Source: Spirochaetia bacterium (GTDB lineage: Bacteria; Spirochaetota; Spirochaetia; CAKZLE01). From it: DNA of 64,000 bases. How positions within the stretch are numbered: position 1 is the stretch's first letter; each line of letters opens with the position of its first letter. Shown in pieces: positions 20,834-31,369 of the stretch. The stretch spans positions 1,600,001 through 1,664,000 of the forward strand of contig OY782041.1 in NCBI GenBank assembly GCA_963677595.1, in the 5' to 3' direction. The position numbers and the translations under genes were made by a program. The notes beneath the pieces were generated by a model. It was not told the DNA's origin and made no database searches. It saw nothing but the letters and a program-made list of their open reading frames with translations.

Positions 20834-21013
20834 TTTCTATCATAAATATTTGCTCAACCTCTGTGAATAGTCGAGATTATGGTGTATAATAAGTATTCAA
20901 TAAAAATGATATGGTTTCTTTATCATAAATCCTATACATGAACATTACGCTGTATGTTTACTACTGTTATGTCATAGGTGTGTCTGAGAAGCGTGAGAGA
21001 GTGTGGTGTTCAT

Positions 21014-21952
21014 ATGAGTGATTCAGGAGAGAGGATTCACATCATCCTGAACCCTGCAGCCGCAAAGGGAAAGGCTGCCGGGATGAAGGGTAAGATAGAC
21101 GCGTACCTGGGGGCGCACGGCATTCAGGCTGTGTTCTCCGAGACCGAGCGGGCCTGGCATGCCGCCGAACTCGCCGGGCAGGCGGTACGCGACGGGGCAG
21201 ATACCATCGTGGCCGCCGGCGGGGATGGTACCTGCAACGAGGTGGCGAACGGGATCCTCGCATCAGTTGGTCCCGGGGGGAAGCGTCCGAAGTTCGGTAT
21301 CTTCCCCATTGGCAGGGGAAATGATTTTGCCTATATCTGCGGGATACAGAAACGCCTGGAAGCTTTCTGTGATCTGCTGATCGAAGGCAAGAGCCGGAAT
21401 ATAGATGTTGGGAAGGTGACTGGAGGGCTCTATCCTTCAGGACGGTACTTCCTCAACGGTGTCGGGGTCGGGTTCGAGCCGATGGTGACGATGAAGGCCA
21501 GTGAGTTCAGGCGGGTCAGCGGGATACCGAGTTATATCTTAGCCCTGCTGCAGATCCTCGCCCACTACCCTGAAGCGGTGCAGACGCGGCTCGAGCTGGA
21601 CGGGGAGCTCCATGAACTGGCGACCCAGCAGATCTCGGTCTGCAACGGGCGCAGGATGGGCGGGGCCTTCCTGATGGGGCCCGATGCCGTCCCGTATGAC
21701 GGGAAGCTCGATTATCTCTTCATCGACAGGCCGTTGGGGATCGGGATGATCCTGAAGCTTGTCCTCAGGTTCCTGAAGGGGAGCCAGAAGAGCCATCCCT
21801 ATGTTGCCTCAGGCCTGGCACAGGATGTGAAAGTACGGGCTGCAGCTGAACAGCTGGTCTGTCATGCGGATGGGGAGACCATCTCCAGGGGCTGCACAGC
21901 CCTCGATATCGAGATCCTGCCGGGGGCATTGGATCTTATCTGTGCGATTTGA
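21014..21952 (+). CDS. Diacylglycerol kinase family (YegS/DagK) lipid kinase
   Basis: NP..., GGDGT, GRGNDFA, DGE motifs. Confidence 0.9.
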   Translation: MSDSGERIHIILNPAAAKGKAAGMKGKIDAYLGAHGIQAVFSETERAWHAAELAGQAVRDGADTIVAAGGDGTCNEVANGILASVGPGGKRPKFGIFPIGRGNDFAYICGIQKRLEAFCDLLIEGKSRNIDVGKVTGGLYPSGRYFLNGVGVGFEPMVTMKASEFRRVSGIPSYILALLQILAHYPEAVQTRLELDGELHELATQQISVCNGRRMGGAFLMGPDAVPYDGKLDYLFIDRPLGIGMILKLVLRFLKGSQKSHPYVASGLAQDVKVRAAAEQLVCHADGETISRGCTALDIEILPGALDLICAI

Positions 21953-22019
21953 CGTACCGGGTGATTATTGCGTATCTTGTAGATTCCCGGATGATTTTTC
22001 CCAACGTAAGGAGTATTAG

Positions 22020-23450
22020 TTGGTAAACGATAACGTACCCTCAGTGCATTTCTATGACCAGGACTTCGTGGACCTGTATGACAGGACCTGGATGTGGATC
22101 CACGATCGATGGACATCTGCGGAGAAAGGGAGCAGTACCAGTGCCCCTTCCCAGTACCTCACCTATGAGAACCAGGAGACTTTTCACCAGTTCTATACCT
22201 GCCTGGACTCATTCTTCCTCGTATACAGCAACCAGAGCTTCTCGCCGTTCCCGATGCTCGACTACTTCTATGATATGCAGGAGACCTCCGGGGCGATCCG
22301 GGGGGAGTATGCCGTCGAGGACGGGTCACCCGTCCTCTCGAAGGAGAACCCGGAAGGGGTACACCCCCCACTGTTCGCCTACATCGAGTACAACCTCTAC
22401 CACAAGGTCGGCAACAAGAAACGGCTCAAAGAGGTCATCCCCTATATCGAGCACTACATGGAGTGGCTCGAAGGGACGTTCCGGCAGGAGAACGGGCTCT
22501 ACTCGGTTCCCCTCGAGGCAACCATGCTCGACAGCCCTGCCCGCAGTGAGGTCTTCTACCCGGTAGACTTCAATGCCCTCATGGCTGTCAATGCCCTCTA
22601 TATGTCGGCGATCGGTGATGTCCTCAATGACAAAGAGCTGAGCTTCAAGTACAAGCGGCTCTACTTCTCCTTCAAGACGAGGATCAACTCCCTCATGTGG
22701 GATGCCGATTCCGGTTTCTATTACGACCTCGACAAAGACGGGAAGCAGGTTCGGGTGAAGACCATCGGCACCTACTGGACCCTGCTCGCCGAGATCCCCA
22801 ACGAGGATCGGGCCTTCCAGTTGATCGATAAGCTGAAGGACCCGGATGTGTTCGGGACGGAGAACCCCTTCCCGACGATAGCCGCGGATGACCCGGCCTT
22901 CTCGGAGGACGGGAAGTGGTACAGCGGTTCGGTCATCCCCGCCTATACCTTCATGGTCATCAAGGGGCTGGAGTGCTACAAGGAGTACGAGTTCGCCCGT
23001 GAATGCGCGATCCGGAATCTCTACTTCATACTCGATACCCTCCATCCCGACGGGATGGACAATGGTGATGTCTATGAGGCCTACCTGCCGATGCGTGAGG
23101 GGGCTGCGAAGTTCCCGGAGGCAAAGGGGCAGCCAAGGAAGAAGTTCCTGCCGATGATCGGGCTGGTGACGATCACCCTGATGATCGAGAATATCGTGGG
23201 GTTGTCGATCAGCCTCCCGCGGAAGACCGTGGACTGGATCATGCCGACCCTCGAAGCCATGGGGATAGAGGACCTGTCGTTGAAGCGGAACCTCATCACC
23301 ATCCTCAGCAACAAGAATAATAGGGGGTGGGAGATCCGCCTCGAGTCTGAGAAGCTCTATTATTTCACCATCGATATCCTCGATGAGCAGAAGAAGAAGA
23401 CCCTGCCGATCCCTTCAGGCAAGTGTTCCATGCTGATCGATAAACTGTAG
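22020..23450 (+). CDS. GH63/MGH1-like (alpha/alpha)6 glycoside hydrolase domain protein
   Basis: PPLFA, MWD..SGFYYD, WY.GSV, YEAY segments. Confidence 0.7.
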   Translation: MVNDNVPSVHFYDQDFVDLYDRTWMWIHDRWTSAEKGSSTSAPSQYLTYENQETFHQFYTCLDSFFLVYSNQSFSPFPMLDYFYDMQETSGAIRGEYAVEDGSPVLSKENPEGVHPPLFAYIEYNLYHKVGNKKRLKEVIPYIEHYMEWLEGTFRQENGLYSVPLEATMLDSPARSEVFYPVDFNALMAVNALYMSAIGDVLNDKELSFKYKRLYFSFKTRINSLMWDADSGFYYDLDKDGKQVRVKTIGTYWTLLAEIPNEDRAFQLIDKLKDPDVFGTENPFPTIAADDPAFSEDGKWYSGSVIPAYTFMVIKGLECYKEYEFARECAIRNLYFILDTLHPDGMDNGDVYEAYLPMREGAAKFPEAKGQPRKKFLPMIGLVTITLMIENIVGLSISLPRKTVDWIMPTLEAMGIEDLSLKRNLITILSNKNNRGWEIRLESEKLYYFTIDILDEQKKKTLPIPSGKCSMLIDKL

Positions 23451-23468
23451 GGCATACGGGAGTTCAGC

Positions 23469-24269
23469 ATGGGCTGGTTAGGGAAAGTGATCGGGGGGAC
23501 CTTCGGGTTCATGATCGGGGGGCCGTTCGGCCTCATCGCGGGGGCTGCGTTCGGCCATATGTTCGATGCGTCCGGGAATGTCGGGGGTGCTGCTGCGGGT
23601 AAGCAGGAAGCGTTCTGGCAAACCGGTATGCACCAGGGACAGGGCCGCATCAATTCCCAGGAGCAGACCCAGATGATCTTCTTCGTCGGTGCGTTCTCGA
23701 TGCTGGCAAAGGTCGCCACGGCGGACGGGAACGTCTCCATGGCTGAGCGGCGGAAGGTGGAGGAGTTCATCGACCAGGACCTGAGGCTTGCCGGCGATGC
23801 GAGGAATGCCGCCCTGAGGATCTTTGAGACTGCCCAGAAGTCGAATGAGACCTTCGACCAGTTCGCCCGCCAGTTCTATGACGTGTTCAGGACAAACCGG
23901 CAGATGCTCACCGTCATGGTCGACATCCTCTACCGGGTCTCCTACGCTGACGGCTCGATGAATGCGGCGGAGGAGACCCTGATCCATGCAGCCGGCACCA
24001 TCTTCCATTTCCCGCAATCCATGATGGACCAGATCAGGCAGCGGTACGGAACGAAGCAGAGCTCCTCCCGCTCCTATGCCGTCCTCGGGATCGAGGCTTC
24101 CGCCTCCACCGACGAGGTGAAGAAGGCCTATCGGAAGATGGCCAGTGAGTACCATCCCGACAAGATCGCGTCAAAGGGGCTGCCTGAGGAGTTCACGAAG
24201 TTCGCGAACGAGAAGTTCCGCGAGATCCAGTCTGCCTACGATGATATCAGGAAGAGCAGGGGCTTCTAG
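23469..24269 (+). CDS. djlA: Co-chaperone DjlA (TM + TerB-like + J domain)
   Basis: GK.IGG N-terminus, [13 protein letters not shown]. Confidence 0.88.
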   Translation: MGWLGKVIGGTFGFMIGGPFGLIAGAAFGHMFDASGNVGGAAAGKQEAFWQTGMHQGQGRINSQEQTQMIFFVGAFSMLAKVATADGNVSMAERRKVEEFIDQDLRLAGDARNAALRIFETAQKSNETFDQFARQFYDVFRTNRQMLTVMVDILYRVSYADGSMNAAEETLIHAAGTIFHFPQSMMDQIRQRYGTKQSSSRSYAVLGIEASASTDEVKKAYRKMASEYHPDKIASKGLPEEFTKFANEKFREIQSAYDDIRKSRGF

Positions 24270-24859
24270 GGATTCATCACGATCCTGCCCCGAAGCGAAC
24301 GGGCAAGCGTCACTTTATCAGTATATTCAAGATCCCCGCCGACCGGCAGGCCGGAGGCAAGCCGCGTGACCGTGAGGCCTCGGTCTTTCAGGATATGCGT
24401 GATGTAGAGCGCCGTGGTGTCCCCCTCCTCGGTGGGGTTCGTTGCAAGGATGATCTCGGAGAACTCTCCCGTATCGATCCGCTTGAGCATCTGCCCGAAG
24501 GAGAGTTGCTCAGGGCCGATCCCGTCCAACGGGGAGATAGCCCCGTGCAGGACATGGTAGAGTCCGTGATACGCCCCGGATGACTCGATCGTGAAGACAT
24601 CCTGGGGCTGTTCGACGATGCAGAGCTGGTCCCGGTCACGGCCCGGGTCATCACAAGCCTCACAGATATCTCCCTCGGTGAAGCTCCCGCAGATTGAACA
24701 GAGGTGGATCTTGTCCTGTATGGTGCTGACCAGTTCCCCGAGGAGCTGGTTGTCCTGGCTGCTGCGGCTGATCAGCTGGTAGACGATACGTGAGGCACTC
24801 TTGCTGCCGATGCCCGGCAGGCGGGAGAATGCCTTGATCAGTTCATCGATCGATCTCAT
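24266..24859 (-). CDS. recR: Recombination mediator RecR
   Basis: LPGIG HhH, C4 zinc finger, [14 protein letters not shown] Toprim. Confidence 0.96.
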   Translation of the reverse strand: MRSIDELIKAFSRLPGIGSKSASRIVYQLISRSSQDNQLLGELVSTIQDKIHLCSICGSFTEGDICEACDDPGRDRDQLCIVEQPQDVFTIESSGAYHGLYHVLHGAISPLDGIGPEQLSFGQMLKRIDTGEFSEIILATNPTEEGDTTALYITHILKDRGLTVTRLASGLPVGGDLEYTDKVTLARSLRGRIVMNP

Positions 24860-24863
24860 GGGT

Positions 24864-25169
24864 TCACATCCCGGGGAAGCCGAAACCGCCGGTGAGCGAT
24901 GATGCTTGTTCCTTCATCTTCTCTTTCAGGCTCTCGAGTGCGGAGTTGCATGCAGCAAGGACCAGGTCCTCCAGCATGGAGACGTCATCAGGGTCGACGA
25001 TCTCCCTGGCGATCTTCACGTCGAGGACCTCCATCTTCCCGTTCATGTCGATGACGATCATGCCGCCGCCGGCAGACCCCTGTACCACGACATCGTTCAG
25101 CTTGTCCTGCATCCCTGCCATCTGTGACTGCAGGTTCTGCAGATTCTTCATAAAATCCATTGGGTCCAT
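24864..25169 (-). CDS. ybaB: YbaB/EbfC nucleoid-associated protein
   Basis: GSAGGG, DPDD..MLEDLV; located between dnaX and recR. Confidence 0.93.
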   Translation of the reverse strand: MDPMDFMKNLQNLQSQMAGMQDKLNDVVVQGSAGGGMIVIDMNGKMEVLDVKIAREIVDPDDVSMLEDLVLAACNSALESLKEKMKEQASSLTGGFGFPGM

Positions 25170-25192
25170 GAAAGAACACTCCTTGAAAGTTG

Positions 25193-26827
25193 TTATTGTT
25201 CGTCGGAAAGCAGCTCGCCGCGGAATATCTTCTGGACCAGTTCCACCTCACCACCTGCTGCTCCCTGCCGGGGCTGCTGCGGCTGTGAGTGCGGTGCCGG
25301 CCTTGGGGTGTCGGTGAGCACCTCGAGGATGATCTCCTGCCCAAGGATGGCACTCAAGGCCTTCTTGATCACAGGAAGGCTGTCCTTGATCCGGGAGGCG
25401 ATGTAGCCTGCCGGGTATACCAGCGTTATGGTCTTTCCCTTCACTTCCCAGGACTTAAGCTTCCCGATCGTCGGGGCAAGTGCGGGGGAGCTCTTCATCA
25501 GCTGGGACTGGAGTACCTCGAAGTGTTTCCGGTTCAGCTCGATGTGGGTTGTCCCCTGCTGTGCGGCAGGCCTGGGGGCCACCGTCCTGGCCGGAGTAAG
25601 CTCCCCGGTCGGAGTTATCTCCCTGAGCCTCCCCGGGGGGAGGGGGGTGGGGGCAGCAGGAGCGGGTGAGGAGGGAACGCCCTTCTGGAGCAGTTCCTGC
25701 TTCAGTGCCTCGATCTGGCTGATGAGGATCGCCGGTGAGACGGCCTTCTTCAGGGTCGCGAGCCTGCTGACGGCAAGCTCGAGCTCGAAGCGCTGGTTCA
25801 TGGAGTAGCGGATCTTCCGGTAGAGGTCGAGCAGCATGTCCAGCGCTGCCTCGATCTGTTCCGAGGAGAGGCTCGAGATGACCTGCTCAGAATAATGGGA
25901 GACCTTGGCCCCGAGGATCGCCTCCTTGGTGATCCCCTCCTGGATGAGCAGGATGGTCCGGAAGTACTCGGATAATTCGATGATGCACTTCTCGACCGAT
26001 ATGCCCTGCGCGAGGATGGTATGGACCATGTCGATCGCCCGGTTGCGGTCCCCGTCGACCAGTGCCTCGGCAAGGGAGTTGACTACCTCCATACCGACGA
26101 GTCCCATGTTCTCGCGGATGACCTCCATCCGGATGTTCCCGTCGGAGAAGGAGACGATCTGGTCGAAGAGGGTATAGGCATCCCGCAGGGAGCCGGTCGC
26201 CTCCTTGGCGATCCAGAAGAGGGCCTCATCCTCATAGGTGACCGAGAGTTCCGCTGCTGCATGCTCGAGCTGTTCCTTGATGGTCTCGAGCGATATGAGC
26301 TGGAAGTGGAACTGCTGGCAGCGCGACCGGATGGTCGCCGGCACCTTGTGGACCTCGGTGGTCGCGAAGATGAAGATGACATATGGTGGCGGTTCCTCGA
26401 TGGTCTTCAGCAGGGCATTGAATGCGCTGGTGGAGAGCATGTGGACCTCGTCTATGATATAGATCTTGTACCGGCTGCTGTTCGGGGCGAAGAGGACCTC
26501 GTCCTTGATGGCCCGCACATCGTTGACGGAGGTGTTGCTTGCACCGTCGATCTCGATGACGTCCAAGGCACTGCCCGCGGTGATCTCATGGCAGCTCGGG
26601 CACTCCCCGCAGGGTTCCGCGGTCGTTCCCTTCTCGCAGTTCAGTGATTTCGCCAGGATCCTGGCAGCAGAGGTCTTCCCGACCCCTCGCGGGCCGGAGA
26701 AGAGGTAGGCATGGGCGATGCGTTCCTGCCTGATGGAACTCATCAGGGTGGAAACGACAAAACTCTGTCCTGCAAGTTCCGTGAAGCGTTGGGGTCTCAG
26801 TCGTGTCGCTGTGATCTCGAATGCCAT
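25193..26827 (-). CDS. dnaX: DNA polymerase III subunit gamma/tau
   Basis: RPQRF, GPRGVGKTS, DEVHMLS, SRC; AAGGAG SD before ATG 26827. Confidence 0.95.
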   Translation of the reverse strand: MAFEITATRLRPQRFTELAGQSFVVSTLMSSIRQERIAHAYLFSGPRGVGKTSAARILAKSLNCEKGTTAEPCGECPSCHEITAGSALDVIEIDGASNTSVNDVRAIKDEVLFAPNSSRYKIYIIDEVHMLSTSAFNALLKTIEEPPPYVIFIFATTEVHKVPATIRSRCQQFHFQLISLETIKEQLEHAAAELSVTYEDEALFWIAKEATGSLRDAYTLFDQIVSFSDGNIRMEVIRENMGLVGMEVVNSLAEALVDGDRNRAIDMVHTILAQGISVEKCIIELSEYFRTILLIQEGITKEAILGAKVSHYSEQVISSLSSEQIEAALDMLLDLYRKIRYSMNQRFELELAVSRLATLKKAVSPAILISQIEALKQELLQKGVPSSPAPAAPTPLPPGRLREITPTGELTPARTVAPRPAAQQGTTHIELNRKHFEVLQSQLMKSSPALAPTIGKLKSWEVKGKTITLVYPAGYIASRIKDSLPVIKKALSAILGQEIILEVLTDTPRPAPHSQPQQPRQGAAGGEVELVQKIFRGELLSDEQ

Positions 26828-26875
26828 GTGCAGCTCCTTCAACGGAAAGTATACACTATGATGCGGATACAAAAA

Positions 26876-27002
26876 ACCCCTCCAGCTCAAGTCAAGTAAG
26901 CTGTGTCTCATCATCCGATCACTTACCGCTGCTACCTTCCGGTCCTGACGGGGTTGGGTGAAGGACAATAGCACAGTCCCTGACTATCAACGCTGAAGGG
27001 GG
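26876..27002 (-). ncRNA. ffs: Signal recognition particle RNA (4.5S)
   Basis: Minus strand TCAGGACCGGAAGGTAGCAGC domain IV, long closing stem, T-run; upstream of dnaX. Confidence 0.9.
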
Positions 27003-27003
27003 A

Positions 27004-27091
27004 CGGAGAGAGGGGGATTCGAACCCCCGGTACCCTAGTGGGGTACATACGCTTTCCAAGCGCACACCTTCGGCCTCTCGGTCATCTCTCC
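27004..27091 (-). tRNA. tRNA-Ser(GGA)
   Basis: Cloverleaf, loop TTGGAAA, long variable arm, no encoded CCA. Confidence 0.95.
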
Positions 27092-27112
27092 ATAATTATG
27101 TAAAAAAGCTAT

Positions 27113-27200
27113 CGGAGAGAGAGGGATTCGAACCCTCGGTACCGCAGAACGGTACAACGGATTTCGAATCCGCCCGATTCGGCCACTCTCGCATCTCTCC
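27113..27200 (-). tRNA. tRNA-Ser(CGA)
   Basis: Loop TTCGAAA, long variable arm. Confidence 0.95.
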
Positions 27201-27229
27201 CGGTTGCTGTTACAGGTCTTTCAAGTTCT

Positions 27230-27303
27230 CGTACTCAAGAGGACTCGAACCTCCGACCTTTAGATCCGCAATCTAATGCTCTATCCATCTGAGCTATGAG
27301 TAC
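27230..27303 (-). tRNA. tRNA-Arg(GCG)
   Basis: Stem TTAGA/TCTAA, loop TTGCGGA. Confidence 0.92.
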
Positions 27304-27310
27304 AAAAAAA

Positions 27311-27397
<87 letters not shown>

Positions 27398-27415
27398 TAG
27401 GGTAAAGTGATTTAA

Positions 27416-27500
27416 CGGAGAAGGGGGGATTCGAACCCCCGGAACCTCTCGGTTCAACGGTTTTCAAGACCGCCTCCTTCAACCACTCGGACACCTCTCC
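27416..27500 (-). tRNA. tRNA-Ser(TGA)
   Basis: Loop CTTGAAA, long variable arm. Confidence 0.95.
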
Positions 27501-27512
27501 AAATCGGGTTAC

Positions 27513-27541
27513 AATATATAAAGCATCAAGATGTTTGTCAA
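27513..27541 (-). promoter_or_regulatory. sigma70 promoter of tRNA cluster
   Basis: TTGACA-N17-TATATT, 12 bp before first tRNA. Confidence 0.85.
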
Positions 27542-27548
27542 TAACCGT

Positions 27549-28043
27549 TTATGAACCTTTTACCGAAAAGATCACCCAATTCACCGCGGCAGGGATCGTA
27601 AGTATGCAGGTGACGATGACAGACCAGCCCAGGAGGCCGTCCATATGGTCGAAATAGAGCAGCAAGCCGGAGAGGGATACGGCGAAGAGGAGGATGTAGT
27701 GGTGTCCGTAGAATCTCGAGAATGCATAGGGGAAGACGATGATGGCCCAGAAAGCCAGGAGGATCGCGGTAGTATAGCGGCTCCATCCTATCGAACCGTC
27801 GGCGATCAGGTCTATTGCAAGGAGGCCCCCTATGAGCAGGGCTGAGATGACCGTCAGGATGATGAACACACTCCGGTCAAAGACCGGCTGGGTCTGGATC
27901 CTGCCGATGGTCTTCGGCGACTCGGGGTAGGAGACCCGGGTGTAGGTTCCGGGGATCGTCCTGACCGTGCTGTCCGGACCGCATAAGGGGCAGAACGGTT
28001 CCGCATCGGAGAACTTCATCCCGCATGATTCACAGCTTTTCAT
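27549..28043 (-). CDS. Zinc-ribbon membrane protein (DUF6320-like), short paralog
   Basis: CESCG..CPLC then 4 TM with WS.Y motif. Confidence 0.75.
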   Translation of the reverse strand: MKSCESCGMKFSDAEPFCPLCGPDSTVRTIPGTYTRVSYPESPKTIGRIQTQPVFDRSVFIILTVISALLIGGLLAIDLIADGSIGWSRYTTAILLAFWAIIVFPYAFSRFYGHHYILLFAVSLSGLLLYFDHMDGLLGWSVIVTCILTIPAAVNWVIFSVKGS

Positions 28044-29380
28044 CGCTCCTCCCAATCGAATGAGTAGAGGTCCTTCATCCCGGCGGTGTTGTTGCTCTCG
28101 ATGACGAAATCGATACCCTGCTCCTTGAGGAACATGAAGAAGGGCTTCTCCAGGATCGGCTGGTCGCAGATCCTGCCGAACGAGAGATAGAGGGACCCGT
28201 TATACCCCGTCATCGTCATCAGCGTCTTGGTGAAGGGGGATCCGTTGAATACAAAGTCGAAACGCCTGATATGTTCCTTCATGATGGCAGGCATCTCAAT
28301 ATTCCCCAGGTTCGAGAAACTGATTGACAGCTGTTTTTCCCCGAACTGGTCAAAGACCAGCCTAAATACCGACTCCTTGATCGTCAGGGGGATCGCCCTG
28401 AAGATCGGGTTCAGGGTCGCGAACACATTCCTGGTGACCTGCTGCCTGATGTTCTTCTCGGTATTCTGCTTGCGCAGGTCATGCCTGACATGGGAGAGGA
28501 TCTCCTCGAAGGAGAACTCCCCGAGTTTTGGGTCGATTTCCGGTCCGAGTACGAGGGAGAAGTTGCGCATGTTCTTGATCGGGTAGAACTTCCTCAGGTT
28601 GACCGGGACCAGGATGCGGACCGGCTGCCGTCTCCGGACTCGGTTCCGTTCCTTTGCCTGCAGCCCCAGGAAGGTGTACATCAGCACTGAGACCAGGTAC
28701 TCGGTGATCGTTACCCCCGCTTTTCGTGAAAGTCCCTGCAGCTGTTCCGTGGGGATGATACCGGTAATGATCCGGTTGACCCCCCAGGGAGTCATCTTCT
28801 TAGCCCTCAACTGGTATGCGTTGGGGGTCATGGGTTCTTTCGGGGACTGGGGCTGGTATATCTTCCGGTAGGCATCGATCGTCTCATCGGGGTGCTGCCT
28901 CCCGTCCAGGTCGAGGATACCGAGATCCTCATCCGGGTCTACCGGAATCCCGGACTGGCGGAGATACTCGGCAGACAGGTTCTTGAGGAAGATGATGGCG
29001 CCGGTCCCGTCAGTGAGGATGTGGGACATCTCCATTGAGATCCTATCCTCGAGATAGAGGATCCGAAGGAGGTGATCCTTCTGTTTCGGTGTCTTCAACA
29101 GCAGGCAGGGGTAGAATTGGTCCTCCTCGACGAGCATCCTTCGATCGTAATGTTCGAGGAACATCCAGAACGCCCCCTGCTTGAGACGCATACTGTAATA
29201 GGGAAATCGTTTGAGACAGCGGTCAAGCGCCTTCTGGAGGCATCCAGGATCTACCGGCTTATGCAGGCTGACCGAAAGCCTGTAGAAACTGGTACTCCTC
29301 GGGGAGTTCAGGGATGGGAAGATGGTCGCTGCGTTATCGAGACGCATCCAGTCAGGTTTTTGTTTGCCGATACTTCTCAT
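28040..29380 (-). CDS. CoA-dependent acyltransferase (alcohol acetyltransferase/condensation-like)
   Basis: W.RLDNAA.IFP, HILTDGTG (HxxxDG), PVNLR, SNLG. Confidence 0.85.
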   Translation of the reverse strand: MRSIGKQKPDWMRLDNAATIFPSLNSPRSTSFYRLSVSLHKPVDPGCLQKALDRCLKRFPYYSMRLKQGAFWMFLEHYDRRMLVEEDQFYPCLLLKTPKQKDHLLRILYLEDRISMEMSHILTDGTGAIIFLKNLSAEYLRQSGIPVDPDEDLGILDLDGRQHPDETIDAYRKIYQPQSPKEPMTPNAYQLRAKKMTPWGVNRIITGIIPTEQLQGLSRKAGVTITEYLVSVLMYTFLGLQAKERNRVRRRQPVRILVPVNLRKFYPIKNMRNFSLVLGPEIDPKLGEFSFEEILSHVRHDLRKQNTEKNIRQQVTRNVFATLNPIFRAIPLTIKESVFRLVFDQFGEKQLSISFSNLGNIEMPAIMKEHIRRFDFVFNGSPFTKTLMTMTGYNGSLYLSFGRICDQPILEKPFFMFLKEQGIDFVIESNNTAGMKDLYSFDWEER

Positions 29381-30294
29381 AGGTGGAACTTCTTCTTCAG
29401 CAGGACCTGAAGGCGTTCACTGCTGTGCGCGATGATACAGAAGGCCAGGATCGGTATGAGAAAGAATAGCGTCAGGTGGGCCCAGGAGATCATATGGGCG
29501 TGCTGCCGGTAGAGGGAGACGGTCCCGTTGACCAGGTAGATCTCCAGGGTGAGCGCAGCGGTCACCACGGCCCCGTAGAGATACCCATTCGACAACCCGG
29601 TGCGGGTGATCTCGATATAGTTCATGACCAGGGCGATGATCCCGTAGATTATGAACGTCGCGGCAAGGATCGGCAGTGCGACTGGTAGGAACCAATGCCC
29701 GCGGGTAAGGTGATTCAGCGCCCCCAGAAGGAGGGCGAGGTCTGCGAATACCAGGATAAGGACCAGCCAGTTGACCATGTCCCGTGAGAACCTGATGATC
29801 ATGAGGATCCCGCAGAGGGTGCCGATCCCCACGACGGGGTACCATGCCCAGGAGACGCCGCGAGAGGCGTTGTCGATGATGAGCAGGTAGACGGCAACGA
29901 AGAGGAGGTCATACACTGCTGCCGTGAGGCGGGACCTCCCGCTGTAGATGATGGGGAACCAGATGATGAACCATGCCGTCACGATCGAGATCATGGTATA
30001 GAGGGACCAGGTAATCTGCGAGTTGACGCTCACGTCAACGATGAGTGAGATGACGAGGCCTGCGAAGAAGAAGAACGACAGCAGCCCGCTGACGACTCCC
30101 TTATGGGTCGAGACGGTCCGGTTCACCGCCCTCGAGATGTCAAGCAGCTGCCCCTCACGGCTTGTCGGGTCGGGGACGAGGGTACGGATCGCCTCCCCGT
30201 TGATTCTCAGGGGATCGATCACCGGAGTCCTGCAGAGCGGGCATTCAGCCTCTGTCTCCTGCAGCTTGACCCCGCAATGGACGCAATAGGGCAT
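29377..30294 (-). CDS. Zinc-ribbon membrane protein (DUF6320-like)
   Basis: MPYCVHCGV..CPLC, ~8 TM, ends LKKKFHL. Confidence 0.8.
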   Translation of the reverse strand: MPYCVHCGVKLQETEAECPLCRTPVIDPLRINGEAIRTLVPDPTSREGQLLDISRAVNRTVSTHKGVVSGLLSFFFFAGLVISLIVDVSVNSQITWSLYTMISIVTAWFIIWFPIIYSGRSRLTAAVYDLLFVAVYLLIIDNASRGVSWAWYPVVGIGTLCGILMIIRFSRDMVNWLVLILVFADLALLLGALNHLTRGHWFLPVALPILAATFIIYGIIALVMNYIEITRTGLSNGYLYGAVVTAALTLEIYLVNGTVSLYRQHAHMISWAHLTLFFLIPILAFCIIAHSSERLQVLLKKKFHL

Positions 30295-30297
30295 AGC

Positions 30298-31227
30298 CTA
30301 CAGCTCCTTCATGTCTTGTTCCGTCACTGACTGGCTGACCATGACCTTGTCATCGAAGATGAAATGGCCGGTGATGTAGGAGCCGGAGATCGCCTTCGGG
30401 AGCCAGATGGCATCGTCTGCCCACATCCTGTCATATGGGATCTCCGCGACGGGGACCCAGAAGGGGTCCGCCTCATCGGTCTCGATGAGCGTACCATGGT
30501 AGGCATCCGCGAAGAAGACATAGCCCTTGATCGAGTAGTTGTCGACGAACTGGAAGTGGAGCACTCCCACCTCGCGTACATTCTCAGGTACGATGCCGGT
30601 CTCCTCCTCGCACTCCCTGATAGCGGCGTCCCGCGCCGTCTCGGCCGCCTCAATCCGCCCGCCAGGGGCATTCACCATCCCGGACCCGAGGCCGGTCTTC
30701 TTGTTGATGAGCAGGACCTTGTCCTCGGAGAAGATATAGCAGATGACCGCCGATTCCACGGGTTCCCAGGTATCCCAGTCGATCTGGGAGACATCGGTCA
30801 TCGACGAGTAGTCGATGGGCGTGTCATCCTCCGGTTCGGGTTCCGCAAGCTCCTCCTCGGTGAAGAGCTCCGGATGGAGCTTCTTGCGGCAGTCGTCGCA
30901 GAGGTTATCGTCACGATATGCGATATTGTTGAAATCGAGCTTCACGCCGCATTCGACGCACTTGAACTTGAAGATGAAGATCTTCTTTCGCAGGAGGAAG
31001 CCGACGAGGATGACGATCAGCAGGGCCGGGACAACCATCCACTGAGGCAGCTCGAACTGGAGGATGAGGGCTACGAACATGTTCAGCAGCAGGACGAGCA
31101 CGGCTATGTAGAGCGTAGCTGACCGCTTGTGCTTCACGTGGGGATAGTGCTTTCTCTGCATGATATTGAAGAACAGGACGGCTATGATTACCCAATATAA
31201 TTCGCTGTTTATTTTTTCTATGATCAT
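30298..31227 (-). CDS. Membrane/zinc-ribbon-fused NUDIX hydrolase (MTH1-like 8-oxo-dGTPase domain)
   Basis: 3 TM, CVEC..CDDC, then GG+RECEEETG Nudix box and IPYDRMWADD. Confidence 0.85.
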   Translation of the reverse strand: MIIEKINSELYWVIIAVLFFNIMQRKHYPHVKHKRSATLYIAVLVLLLNMFVALILQFELPQWMVVPALLIVILVGFLLRKKIFIFKFKCVECGVKLDFNNIAYRDDNLCDDCRKKLHPELFTEEELAEPEPEDDTPIDYSSMTDVSQIDWDTWEPVESAVICYIFSEDKVLLINKKTGLGSGMVNAPGGRIEAAETARDAAIRECEEETGIVPENVREVGVLHFQFVDNYSIKGYVFFADAYHGTLIETDEADPFWVPVAEIPYDRMWADDAIWLPKAISGSYITGHFIFDDKVMVSQSVTEQDMKEL

Positions 31228-31369
31228 ACTTAGAGACTTTATATCGTCTTGGTGCTAAGGTCAAGCTTTGAAGGATAAGGGGAAGGGGGAATGGCCGAAG
31301 CCACTTGATTCATGGTGGTGCGGAGGATAGAATACAGGGTAATACGAACGATCGAACCAGGAGTGAGCC

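Noticed and set aside
25193-26827. dnaX programmed frameshift
   Set aside because: No A-AAA-AAG or long A-run slippery site noticed
26828-26974. N-terminal extension of DnaX in the ORF track
   Set aside because: Overlaps SRP RNA; SD-supported ATG is at 26827
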